Source of the DNA: Camelus dromedarius
Taxonomy: Eukaryota
Assembly: GCF_036321535.1 (NCBI RefSeq)
Contig: NC_087437.1
Location: 39,868,001 to 39,932,000, forward strand
Length of the DNA stretch: 64,000 nt
Direction of reading: 5' to 3'
Below the pieces are notes generated by a model. It was not told the DNA's origin. It did not search any database and saw nothing but the letters and a program-made list of their open reading frames with translations. Of this stretch, positions 1-13,098 are shown in pieces. Positions within the stretch are counted from its first letter, which is position 1; every line of letters starts with the position of its first letter. A program made the position numbers and the translations under genes.

Positions 1-1522
1 CTTTTAAATGTTGATTACTCTTACGTTCCTACACTCTAAGTTGTTCCATGTATCCTGGTAATCCTAGCTCAGGTACTTGGCTTCACAAGGTGCTTGACAG
101 ATACATAACCCCTTCCTTGCTCAAGGTTGCTTGAGATGGAATTCCTTGGGAAAGGCTTCAAAACAACTCCTTATTTCAATGGTTTTGATAGAAATGTATT
201 AGGCAAAGTTCAGCTTGGATATAATTTTGCCCCCACATTTGAGACCTTTGAGAAAAAAATACTTTAAAGTCAATAAATCTAATTTAGTAAGATAATTTTG
301 AAAAACCAGTAAGTGAATAGACAGGAAATCCTGCAAATCAACATTCTCCATCCAGTGCCCTTCACTGCTCACTCTGCACCCAGAACTCCAAAACCCCACG
401 CATATGGGAAGGGGGTCCTCAGTCCACATGTCCCTCAGCCCAGGGGCCTCCTTCCCCAGAAGTGGCTGAACTGTTTGATATTATTTACTTGTATATTTTC
501 TTAGTGAAAAAAAAAAAAGAAAAGAAAAGGGAAAACAGGGTGAGGGTGGGAGTTGGGTTTTATTTATTATTGTTTGACATTATTTGTGATTATTTTAATT
601 TAGGTCCACCATCCCAGGAGCCTCACTGCTATGGGTACAACAGACACCAGTAGAAGAGCATCACGAGCACAGACATATATCTTTCTACTTCCTTTTTCAC
701 TACTCTTATTTTTTCATAGGCACACAAAGCATATCCTGTCAAGCTGCAATATACTTCTAGGTATTCTGCTTTGGATTTTCATTTCAATAAGTATAAAAGG
801 AGGAAGAATGAACTAGGAGACACCCATTTGTTTCATGGACTTCTTTGCATCATCCAAAAGAAAACGGCAGTAAACTTTTTAAGGGAGGGCATGTGTATAC
901 CATTTGAGGGCCATCAAAAGTGAATCAAATAATATAAAGTAAAATAAAAACAAGATAGCAAGGATTCTATATTAATTTACGTAAGACAGAGTGATTAAGA
1001 CAGAGATCCAAAAAAAAGGGCTATTTCTTTTTTTGTTTTGCTTTCGAGAGTTAGTAATTCTATTAACCCTCTGAAACAGAAGGTAAATTTTAAGTACATT
1101 TTCTTAACTCATACCATGAAATTGAGATTTCTGATTATATTGTATAATTAGTAATAAGGTGTACATTCACCTAGATTTGACTCTCTCCCTGGTTTCCTGA
1201 GAAAAACCAAATTGGAAAATGGGTAAGAATTTACATTCTTGGCTGCTGAAGTACTTTGCTTGGGAACTGAGAGACCAAATTAGTTATTACTGAGCAACCG
1301 AATCTTCCGCAGGGCTCTCTAGCAAACTGCCTCTGAGATCATATTGTAATAAATGCTTTTCTATAGAACCATACAGAATTCTCCTAATTCTGGAGTTTTG
1401 AAACATTTTTTCAAAATAATCAAAAATCAGATTTCTTCCTGGGTTAGAGAGCTTGAAAAAAAAAAGTTGCTAAGTATACAAGAAATATATAGTGAGGGTT
1501 TTATTGGTTGTCTCCGCCCAAA

Positions 1523-1547
1523 ACACACACACACACACACACACACA
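1523..1547. repeat. (CA)n microsatellite
   Basis: Uninterrupted ACACAC run of about 12 units. Confidence 0.95.
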
Positions 1548-1789
1548 CCCGCCCCACAACACAGTCGTTTTCCTTCTTCGATATGACAAAACCCAATCCT
1601 TCCTAGCAATGCAAATGCACACAGAAAGAAAGTCAAATAACAAAAACTCCAGAAAGTTTTTTCTTCAAAATTGTTTAAGCCTGCAAACAAACACAAACTC
1701 AAAATAAATTAGAAATAAACTCCAAACAAACCCAGCAAAACCCAAATTAAGCTGAGGAAATCCAAAGCAAACAAGCCACAAATCTTCCA

Positions 1790-2215
1790 GAGTGCTGTAC
1801 AGCTTACTTCCCGTTCCTAGACTGCTGCCTGGGGTTGGGGGGCTGCTGGCGGGGGAAGCCCTCCAAGTGCAGGCCAATCTGAGGGGCTGGTTCTCTTGCA
1901 GGACCCCCTCCCCTCCCACTGCCCGGCTTCCTGGAGCCCTGCCCCAGACCAGAGAGCTCCATGCAGAGCAGGGCTCTGGCCACCCCGCCGGCCTGGTATT
2001 TGGCTCCTCCGTCACCCAGCGCACAAGTATGATGGATGATGATGGATCACAGCCCCACCAAAACCGTGTGAATTTCCCAAGGCCGCTGATTATTCTAATC
2101 GAGCCCCCAGAAGAAGCCCAGAGCTTGACAAAAGCCTCCAAGGAAACCTCCCATTCTCCTTGTCTGCCTGACACAGACCCCACTCCATAAAGAACCTGGC
2201 CCTGATACGGCCTCC
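1790..2215. promoter_or_regulatory. GC-rich promoter/enhancer-like block
   Basis: Clearly more GC- and CpG-rich than flanks; GGCCAATC box near 1873-1880; C-rich tracts; no recognisable repeat. Confidence 0.4.
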
Positions 2216-3454
2216 TGTCTTTGACACATAGATCTGGGCCTCCATACTCATTGTTCAGTGATATGATTTAGCCTTGAATGAATTTTTAATGAACACTCAG
2301 AGTTATAGCACAGTGGAATGGCCACTCCAGCTTCTCCCAGGGGGAGATAACAGTTTACGAACGCTTTCAGGTCACAGCTTTCCTAACGTTCTCTTGCTCT
2401 GCTAGACAATATGGTCAGAAGGGTTTGTTCTCTATTGTCTAGTCTCTTCTCTCTCTGTCTCTCACTGCTGTTTCTGTCTCTGCCTCTGTATCTTTTTATA
2501 TGTTTCTTAAATCTCAAAGGTCTATGAGGGATATCATTCTATAAGGTAAAAGCACAATTACAGAATTTGCTCATAACAGATTAATAGGAACATGACTAGA
2601 GTTAGACATGCATAATTCAATTGTATATGTTGTAATAATGAAAGCTACAAAGAAAGAAAAGTATAGTACTAATAAATTTAATTATGTTTGGGGGGTTTTG
2701 TCTGAGATCATTTTTTCACCATGTAAGGTTACGGCTTATGCAGTGGAGAGAAACTCTGGGCCTTGCCGAACAAGGGTTCAGCGACTGTTGTTGGCCTCTT
2801 GGAATGTTCCAGATCAATATAGGCAAAATAAGTAGTACCCTATATCTCTACAGAACTCCACAAATCATCCATATTTAGAACTATAGCTGGTGCACTTGCA
2901 GCAAAGAATATAACCTTTGGGTCATTTTTAATGCTTACTATGATCCAATTTTCAGTGCCCTTCTAACTAACTCTCCTCCACCCCCAAAATATCCTACCTC
3001 TTGAATTCTTAACTCTCTCAAAATCTGCATAAATAAATTACAAAAAGTTTAGTCATACTTCTTAGGGGTGGCTCTAAAATTTCTCGAAGCTTATGGAAAT
3101 GACTCTGGACAAAAGTAGGGAGAATGTGTTGAAGTTGTGTTTACAGAGTACTTTGCATAAGAATAAGAAAACTTCCTTATCAGATCATCGGAAGAGGTAT
3201 GTGGAAAATGGTGAAGATTATGGGTTAGATTGAGAAGACTTTCCGGGCCATAGTTTGGCACCACCAACCGTACTTTTACACTGCAATCATGTTTACTCAC
3301 TTCATACATGCACTTAGGTGATGTGTGTGTGTGTGACTAGCTGTGCATCTTTAAAGACTGTAATATTTTGAAATAGTTCTTCCGGACAAACTGCTCTTAG
3401 AATATACAACCATAACCTTTATTTCCTAAACAAGAAGGATAGATAAATAAGAAC

Positions 3455-3620
3455 AATGGACTAGGCTTCTACAATCCCGGACTCTGTCCCTGGCACTGCC
3501 ACTAATGAACTGGGAAATTCTAAGCAAGTCTTTTCATCTCTCTGGGAATCTATTTCCTCGTCTGTAAAATTACTGAATGCAGAGAGCCCCCAGGGTCCCT
3601 TCTAGCTCATATTCTATGAA
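3455..3620 (+). mobile_element. MIR/MIR3 SINE fragment
   Basis: cactgccactaatgaact...aagcaagtc...tctatttcctcgtctgtaaaat resembles the MIR core. Confidence 0.65.
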
Positions 3621-5599
3621 TCCATCAATCTCTGTGTGATTGTGGAAGTAAATTCCTGGAAAGAGCCACATCTGTATAGCTTGCTTTGTGCCATAATCAG
3701 CATAGCACCACATGCATATAAACTGAGAAATGCTACTGAAGGTTGATGAAGATATTATGAAGTTGGCATTGTGTTGGCTTGGAGAAGGCCAATGAGAAGA
3801 TGAGGAGCAATAAAGTTTTCTTTTTCACTGAATATCCACTACGTGCCACACTGACACAATGTCACGCATTTTATATCATTATCTTGTTTAATCTCCACCA
3901 AAAACCCTTCTGTATAAATAGGTGAAAATGACACTGGACAGGTAAAAAACTAAGACTCAGAGAGTGTATGTGTCAAACCCATGGTCTGCCAGTACACCCA
4001 CTCTTCTTGGACCCAGGCATAATGTTCCCAGGCCATTCTCTTTCCATGTTATTCCAGTAGTTCCATCACCTCCTGTCATTTACAGTTCCCAAGCTATCAA
4101 AAGACCAATAAACTCAGTAAAATGTGGCAATAACTCCCACGTTCCTTTCTTTTCCAACAAGGGACTGTTATGGTTTCGCTTTACACCCCTCTGGACACAT
4201 GGCCCAGTCGCTTAAAAGTCAACTCCAGCTAATTCTCTAAATCAGGGCTTATCCATGTTTGTATAAAAACTGAAGACTAATTTGTTCATACACCGTAAGC
4301 ATTTAGAACAAAAGCTAGTCATCACTGATTATCTTACCAATTCACAAAGATCATTTTTATAATCTATCATTACTATGACACTTGTTTTTATTATTCTGAT
4401 CAACTTCAAAATGCAACATGTAAGAAAAATAGAAATTGAAATACAAGCTACCACAAAACATATTCTTGATATATTGGAAATCTTGTCAAGAAGGGCAAGC
4501 TATTTATATCTCAAAAACCTCAAACTAATTGTAAAATATCTCATCATAACCAAAATAATGACATTGGAGGGTATTTCTACTTATGATTCCAGTTCAAAAT
4601 TATGAGTATACATATACATACATATATATACAAATATCTACATACCTACATTATAATTTCTACAGATGTGATGAAAAAGACATTTGGACATTAGGTGAGC
4701 TTTTTGTATTGTTCTATGTATATGAATCTCCACTCCTTGGACTCTTCTTCCCAGGATTCCATTTCCTTATGGTTAGCCAGGATGCTGTGATACTGACTGC
4801 AAAGCCCAAGTTTGGATCTCTTCATTTATTGGTCTCAGAGATTTACCATGTTTGATAAAAGTCCAAGATTTGGAGATCTACACCAACAGAGTTGTTAAAA
4901 TCAAAGAGCAGGATATAGTGAGATTTCCATTGCTTCAGTCAGAGTCTGTGAAATGCCAATATTCTGCATATCTTCAAAGAGCAGAATCTGTCTCCAAAAA
5001 CCGTACAAAATAGCCCACTACAAAGGAAACTCCTTCAAGGTCTTTCTTACTGAACTCGGACCAGAAATCAGAGGAAAACCTCTGAGAACAGTATAAAAAT
5101 GACAGATATGAGAGGAGGCTGAGCATGCCATGAAATGAGAGACTTTGCTGACAGATGAGCACCTTTGAACTCTAACCCAATAAAAGAATTAGCACTCCCA
5201 GCGTATAATCAGTACAGCAAGCAAAATATGTCAACACACGATAGGCAGGATAATCAATCGACGTGCGAGGTAGGAAACAGCCAGACTAAATAGCAAGCCA
5301 GTCCCACTGAGCCAGACAGCCCTTTCCTGCTCCTTAAATTTCTCATACCACAGGGACAAGGAATTAATACGCAATAAAGGAAAACCTCTAACAAGTAAAA
5401 CAACAGAGCAAGGCTTCGGAGTCCTCACTGAGAAAGTGGCTCAGGATCCCCAAAATGGAGGTGCTCGGTGCTTTCCTTTCCCTTGCATGTGTTCTAAAGG
5501 TCTTTCTCTAGTCAGATAATAGACAATTTTAAATGATCAACCACAGCCCTATGCTTTATTCTCCCTTCCTATGAAGATTTCAGAGATAATAAACGTAGT

Positions 5600-5790
5600 A
5601 GGAACTACAGACACAAACAGGGTGAGTTTTTAATCCTGGGCACTGACCTCGGGCAAGTAATTAACCAGGTTGAGCCTCAGGTCTGTAGGCATCTGTCAAA
5701 ACAGGAAAATAACACTTTTTAAGGGGATTCTATAACAATTAAAAGAAATAGAGTAGATAAAATGTCTTCAGTGATACCTAAAATAGGGAA
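5600..5790 (+). mobile_element. MIR SINE fragment
   Basis: tgacctcgggcaagtaattaacc...gagcctcag...catctgtcaaa...aataac resembles the MIR core. Confidence 0.65.
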
Positions 5791-8700
5791 GGAGTCATAT
5801 TCAACAAAGGCAGGTTGGCAATCCCAGTCTCCTTGTAACGTGGTGCTTTGACCCCTGCTTAAGAAATGCAATGTCCCCATATATTAAATAATAATCTCAC
5901 AGGCCAGAACTGAATAGCGTAGTTTCAGATGTGCTTAAGAGATAATGCGAGGATGACCTCCCTCTCTACCATATGTTAGCTATATAGTAGTTAGTGTAAG
6001 AGTCACCCAAGCTCTCTGGGCCATGGCCAGCTCATTTATAAAGTTGGAGAAATACCATCTCACCAACCTGTGGGGCCGAGGCTGAGGAATCGGGTTCATG
6101 TCCTTTTCAGCTTTTTCTCAGTAACTGCCAATTGTCTGTTGCTGGTTTACCTTATCTCAGGTACCAACTTGACAAAACCAAAAAGAAACCATCTCAATTC
6201 CCTAATCTACATCCCTTCAGGAATTCAGAAATGATTCTTTTTAATTCTGCTTGTGTTTTCCATATTCGCAAAGAAGAATCACTTTGTTCTCTGCGTAAAA
6301 TCATGTGGCAAGTTGGCAGGATTTTCACAGTGTGGTTGGCACAGTGGTTGGTAGTAATTGTTTGAAAAAAATCTAACCAGCTCCACACCACATGTGGGTA
6401 TATTTTGTAATACCTTCCACCCATGCTACCTATGATTCAAGATCCCACCTGCTTTAAACTGAATAGCTCTGTGTGATGCAATATTTTATTTTTCACTTAT
6501 CTCGTTTTAAATATATTTGCTTTCCAAACAGATGCATTGCAAGGATGTCTTTTCAACCACATGTTTTTAACCCTCATAACTGTACTCTCATGATTTTAGC
6601 AGCACTTTAATGGGCAATTTTCTTCACTGACTATGGCAAATACCATTTGAATTAGCTAACAATTTCTCCTTGGGTTTATGAGATAGAAGAACATCCATCC
6701 CACTGCAGCTGAGCTGATGATAATAATTGTAAAACCACTTGGAGGAAAGTAACTTAAAGTCAGAGAAGTAGAAATAATGGGAGTTTTCTAAACTACTTAA
6801 CTTTGTTCTTGCAAAAATAAAATTCCCTTTTCTGATACGCATGGACATAGGCAGATGCAGACATTCTCGTTTTTATCACTCACTGATACTACAGCTACAG
6901 AAATGAAATCTGAGGCCTAATTTGCCTTAGAATTCAGAAACTGAAGAGCTTTCATTCAGCAACAATAAGTCATTTTCCACGTTTATTTTCCATGCACAGA
7001 AGACACACCACTCTGCCATCAACATGTCAGACGAAATCCAAAATGGCTTAGCGCAAAAATTACCCAAAGAATGGCTATCAGAAAAAAAGATGTGACAAAA
7101 CCAGTATGCTAAAAATAGTACTTTAACTTGAATTATATTTGCATTCATTTGTTTCCTAATACTTTTGGAGAACCTCATGGAGAAAAGACAGGGCTTTTGT
7201 CTGGTCGTTTTTAAAATATCAAACATTTGTCGTCCATCAGCGATCCCTTCTTGGATGTGACAGTGGGATAGAATAAAGGCCAACTTTTGTTTTGGAATCT
7301 CATTGACGTGGCCTTTGGCAGCTTACGAGACCTGCTCTCATTTATTGTGTCCTTTGTACACTGATGCCTGCTTATGAGGAAGGGCAGTAAGGGAGGCCAG
7401 TGAGAATGTCTCAACTTTTCCCCCAAGAGACAGAGACCCCATGGTTTCTGTAACACAGAGCATGAGTAATACTTGTTGTCAGAGAAGAGAAGAAAAGTGC
7501 TGGACAAATAAGAAACATCATTTGGCACTTCTCTTCCACATTTAAGGAGTTAAGTGAGTTGTGCAGTGGTGCCTAGGAGTGAATAAATATCTCACCACAA
7601 ACTAGGTTAAACCAGTCCCATCCACTGTACCCTCTCAAAACAGAGCCTAGTATCTCCTTTGACTATATTTGGATTATTTTAGGGTTCTTTAAATGTTTTC
7701 CATGAACTCACCAAATAGTTATTTCAGGATAAAATAATTGTCAATGCAAAACACTGTCAATTATTTTATCTTCCACAGAATTTTCCAATTATTAGCAAAA
7801 ATTAAAAGGATTTAACCTGCCATCAACAAAAACATGAAGTGCTTAGTCTTTCCTTTAGATTAAATCAGTGCCAGAAATGAACTGCAGGCATACCGTCTGC
7901 CTGTCCTCCTCTACTCATTTTAGCTGTCTTGTCCATCTCTGTGTGAAAATATGCGTTTACATATATGTGTCTGTGTGTGTGTGTGTCACCATAGAAGTTC
8001 GACTTCAAGTGACAGTAACCTAGTAAATTTTCATTTGTACCCTTTTAAAAATTTGGAAAGGTGCTTTATTTTTTCAGGATGAAACCATTAAACTACATAT
8101 AAATATCTGAAGACTTTAGTAAGAGAAACTGGGCCATTTCCATTTTCATTTTCCAGAAGACACTAGTGCCAGAAAAAAAAATATGTTTGGCAAAGCTCTT
8201 TTCTTTCTAAGCATTAAGAAAAAGATGGTCATAAAACCAAAAGGAAAGATATTGCTCTCCAAAGAATCCAGATCCCAAACTAACCACAAGCAGGAATGTT
8301 TATAAAAATGACTTTCTTGCAATTCTCCTTGTTAGATATTTCATGCTATAGAAAAATCCTTCTGTAAAGAACATCACTGAATCTCGAATTCATTCTGTGT
8401 GCTGGTTAAAACACAAGGGCAGCATCACCCTGTGAGTTCCCCTCCTGATGATATGAAGACACCATGGAGGAAGCATGTGCCTGGTTCCCTGACATCTCCA
8501 CTGTGACAGGGCTCCAGTGTCCCATATTACATGTTGTCACCGCAGACAGGATTTCTAATACAGGAACAATGCCTTCTGCTAAAGTCCTCAAGTACCCAAA
8601 AGTTTCAAAGCTAGATGTGCCATCCATATCTTACATAAATATTTATGCTAAAGAATTTCATTGGGTTATTTTGGTTACCATGATCTTACTCTTAAAAAAC

Positions 8701-11700
8701 CCAAATTGTTTGCCACAAAAAATAAGATGATGTGCCCTATGTTTCTCACTTAGCATTCGTGACATCCTTTGGTAATGCCACAAGTAGAGCATCAAAGTAA
8801 TACCAGACAAGTGCCCCTGATGGCTGGGATATATCAGTTTTCACAGCAGGTTTCTTCCCTTGCAGCTGACAAGAAAAATAAACATCTTCCAAAGAAAATG
8901 AAGGAAAATGCCAATGTCTCATCAATCCCCAGTAAAAATCCCTTTTTAACTATAAATTGTGATAATGTTTGACTTTAAAAGGAAGGCAAAAGGGAAAAGT
9001 TTGAGTTGGGTGTGAAGAACTTTAGGAACATTATGATCTCAACAATGTGATGTAACCAAAGTATATAAGAATGTCACTGATCTTCATTTGCCTGCAAACA
9101 CACCACTGGCTTTTCAAAGGACTGGAACAACCTCTCAGTTTGGGTCAGAGATTTTCTCTTTTAAAAGTTTTAATGGTTCAGATCAATGACTATTGAATTT
9201 CAGCTCCAGAAATACTGTCTACTATTGAGCATTTATTTTTAGGTTGTATTTGTGGTCAAGGAAACACCAGTGACTTTAAAAGCTCTATGCTTTCTCCAAA
9301 TTGCTTTAGAAAAGAAATAAAACCAGGTTATCTTTTAAAAAGTATAGCGCTACAATGAAGTCATAGGAACAACAGTGACCACAGAAAGATTCGTGACAAC
9401 TCTGGGAAAAGCTGGTCCTGAGCTCAGCAGGGGATACGCCAAAGGTGGTGGGTTCTAGGAAGCAGGCCAGAGACCCCTGGGGCTGGGAGGCTAATGGGAA
9501 CTTGTGTTCTTCAAGGCAGGCGGAGACGCTGCTAGATGCCACTGACACCTGTACTCGCTAAGCAGGCAAAAAGAGACAATGGCGGAATAATCTGAGAAAT
9601 CCTGTGACCATTCATCAGCAAGAAAAAGAAAAGAAGCTTTCTTAAACAGGTGTTAGATAACTGTAAAAGCATTTCATTTGCGTGTGAACACGTCCCAACT
9701 CTAGTATTTGTTTTTAACCTACTACTTGTAAGCTGAACACAGAAGCTAACCACAGGCTCTTTTCTCAGCAAAGAATTACAATATTATTAGGGCACGGGAA
9801 AGGCACAGATGAATGGATGGTGCATATTTTCAAGGTGTTTTAAGTTACCAATACCTGGGGGCAGATGTGAGGATTTGGGGTTTAAACCTAAAGCACCACC
9901 AAGTGAATGTGAGGAATTCAAAATGTCAGCATAGCATCCAAGAACAGTTCATGAAACCACAGACAGGCCACCTTGCACCTTACCCATTTAATTCAGGAAC
10001 AGAAACATCCTCATAATCATACCTCTGTCCTCCTTAAGCCACGTGGGAATTGTCCCCGTCTCTTTTAGTCACAACATACACTTCAGGAACAAAACCAAGA
10101 GGCGGAAGTGACCTACTGAGTCATCACATTTAATCCCCCTCTCAATAACTGAAGCCTGAACAGGCATCAAATTCAGACCTCCCATCTCCCAGGTTCATGG
10201 TTCTTTCCACCAATCAGCTACCCTTGGGCAAGTCCAGCAGCTGTCCCAGGCATAGCAAGAATGATGTCCTAGAAAGAGCTCTGGCCTGGGCTTCATGGGA
10301 CCTGGGTTCTAGCCCCAGCCCCTGTGGCAAACAAACAATGGCCATGTCTTTAGCTTCTCATGGTAAGCAGGCTGGGTATTCTTTCAGTTCTAAGAATCTA
10401 CACATCTGAAATCTGAATTATGGGGAAAATGTTAAAAAATGAAGAAAGAGAAGAAATTGTGGCAGCAGCTTCCTCCTATCTGTGTAATTAAGCGACACGC
10501 AAACACATTTCCTCCGGGACACTGGTCTGCAGGACTGGGGCAAGGCCACCTCCTCCAAGGAAGCAATGTAGTGAAAAGGGAGAAAAAGCCCCACCCCTCT
10601 GGTTCAACTGCGAAGCATTTTCAAGGAATAGGCTTGCCACATGATTGCATTTTCAGCTCCAATTTCTCTCAAAAATGAAGAATTTGCAACTTTACAAACC
10701 AAGCCCATAACTCCTAAGAACATGACATTTTACATCAAATGGTCACTAAAAAGTTACATGAAGATGCTTTACCTGGAAAAACACACGCACTTTGAAGTAA
10801 AATAGACATGTATAGAAGAATTTTGAAGATAACTGAAATAGAGTATTTTTTTAAAGGGACACAATTTAATGCAGGGTGTGTTTTCATCTCTTGTAAAGGA
10901 TCTTGACATTCCATAGAATAATATGGTAGCAAATTTGACAATGATAGCCATGCACAGTATTTTTCTTGTAACCACATCTCCTATGAAGTCACTGCAGTCA
11001 TCACAAACTCCAATCCTGCTGAAATGAGGTTCCAAGAACTCATTGAGGAGATGACCAGTTCTATCATCTGTCACAACCAGGAAATAGGGAGAGGATTCTA
11101 GGTTATTCAGGGCTAAATTATTAGGTTCTGATGGTTTTTAAATTTTGATCATTTACTTTGAACAATCTTCTTAAAGTGCATTAACTTCTTCTCAACTTAT
11201 TTTTGTGAACACAAGTATTGCACCATGCTAGATTATAGCTGCTTCAGAATACCATTAAGGAAGAGAGAACTGTTTGTCTGACAATGAGTATTTTCAGATA
11301 ACTATGCTGTTTTGGATGGTATTTCTGCTTTCTTCCCCTACAACCATTGCCAAGCTCTTCTGCCAGCTACTCAGTGGTCCACTGTCAATAGGTCTAATTC
11401 TTGCCATCTCTCTAGGATGTTCTACATGGTACCACAGTTGCTTAAATCCTATCTTCCTTCTTTCTTTCCTTTGCTCCCATCCTATCTTCGTGCTGCCTGT
11501 TTGCACTGCCCTGTTTTTACAGCTTAGGCCAACCAGTGAGAACAGTCCTTTCTTCTGGTTGGAAACCAAAAAATTACAGCACATCTTTAAAAAGGAAATC
11601 ATTTCACTTCTTCTTTGTGCTTACATTTCTTAGAATTCTCTGTATTAAGGTTGGACGATGTCACTGCTCAGACTCAGAAATTCTCAGGTGTTTCTAAGTT

Positions 11701-12598
11701 AATGACTTCTGCAGAGGATAAAGAGTCATAAATAGGTGGACATGATTAAAATTCTCTTTTCTCTAGTTATCTACACTAAACCAAGCAAGAATCTAGGCTT
11801 CTTAAAAAGAATAAGCATGTCGTAAAGAACTAGACAATAAGCTTTTGGTAAAGATGCTAGTCAAACTTAAGAGGAAGAGAATTTATGCCTATGATACAAT
11901 ATTCTATGTTGTTCAGATAAAAATTATAAGTATCTCATTTTGCTCTTCATATTGGTTCTCTTTTTTTTAAATAGATGTTTTCCTACTTACTAGTGGAACT
12001 CATTTGCACCAATAAATATCCCCAGTAATGTGTTTGAAAGTCAGAGCTATATCCCTTTGTTATTTGATTTGTTGCTGTGTGTGACATTAGAACTTACCAG
12101 GAATTAGTGTCATAATGAAGAGAAAACTGGTGTGTTTTGATAACAGAAAATAGACACCATGGTCATTTACATCCCTTAATGTTGGTGTTGAATATCATCC
12201 AAGTCCAAGCTGAGTATCAAATATGGAAAAAAATATAAACAATGCAGCTGAGTTTACACCAGAAACACAATATTATTCCCAAAGTAAGGCAAATCACAGA
12301 GAAAGAGTAAATTTTCTTTTCAAAGGCGTGAAACTTCATATTTGTTTATTTCTTTTCCTTGACTTAGAACTCAAAAGCCTTTGTCTAACATTCTAGATCA
12401 CATTCATTTGTCTAAGAAATTTGACTCCATTTAATGGAATCAAAAAAGACAATTATTTTCACTTTTAAGACCTAAGAAACTAAAATCTCCCACAAATCAT
12501 CAACCCTAAATATTAAATTTGACTTTTAGCAGAGATTCACCCACCCAGACCCTCTAATACATCACTGTGCATTAAGTACAGCCTAAACCATATATTCT

Positions 12599-12599
12599 A

Positions 12600-12641
<42 letters not shown>

Positions 12642-12642
12642 T
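12599..12642. repeat. (AT)16 microsatellite forming a perfect 44-bp palindrome
   Basis: AG-TTTT-(AT)16-AAAA-CT is its own reverse complement. Confidence 0.95.
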
Positions 12643-12669
12643 TTACAGTCAGAAAACTCCTCACTTTAC

Positions 12670-12845
12670 ATCTAAGTTCTGTCATTCTCAAGCATGCAAC
12701 CTTGGACAAGTTACTTTATCTCTCCCAATCTCTATATTTTCACATGTAAGCTAAAATACCGCCAGTCCTGTTGTGGAGCTTGGAAATAAGAGGTTTGACA
12801 CAGTACAGAGAATGTACACAATAAATTATAATTATTATCATTATT
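12670..12845 (+). mobile_element. MIR SINE fragment
   Basis: aaccttggacaagttacttt...cacatgtaa...caataaattataattatt. Confidence 0.6.
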
Positions 12846-12921
12846 ATTTTCAAAAGAGTGCTCTGGTAAGCAGAAGAAATAACTAAATTGGGATCATGAG
12901 TCTATAATGTCTATGCTCTAA

Positions 12922-13098
12922 CAGTGCCTCTCAAACTCTAATGTGCAGAGAGATATCATCTCTGCACCTCTAAGTCCCTACTAAAATGCAAGTTTGGATT
13001 CAGTAGATGGGGGTGGGGCCTGAGACTCTGAATTTCTAACAGGATCCTAGAGGATTCTAATACTGCTGGTTGGTAGGCCACACTTTGAGTAGCAAGGC
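12922..13098. mobile_element. MER5A/MER5B-like hAT-Charlie MITE
   Basis: cagtgcctctcaaact...gattcagtag...gggtggggcctgagactctgaatttctaacag...ccacactttgagtagcaagg. Confidence 0.8.

Noticed and set aside
1665..2190. Longest ORFs (172 aa minus, 132 aa plus)
   Set aside because: No recognisable domain, non-ATG starts, and open frames are expected from local GC richness.
3093..3202. ATG-initiated frame (MEMTLDKSREN...) ending at a GAG|GTATGT donor
   Set aside because: Short, no recognisable homology and no promoter context; consistent with chance.
7865..7910. GTCTGCCTGTC resembling the miR-214 5' arm
   Set aside because: Only a short match, with no complementary arm or precursor.
12943..12967. 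9-bp hairpin GTGCAGAGA/TCTCTGCAC
   Set aside because: Short and inside a MER5 MITE; no reason to infer function.
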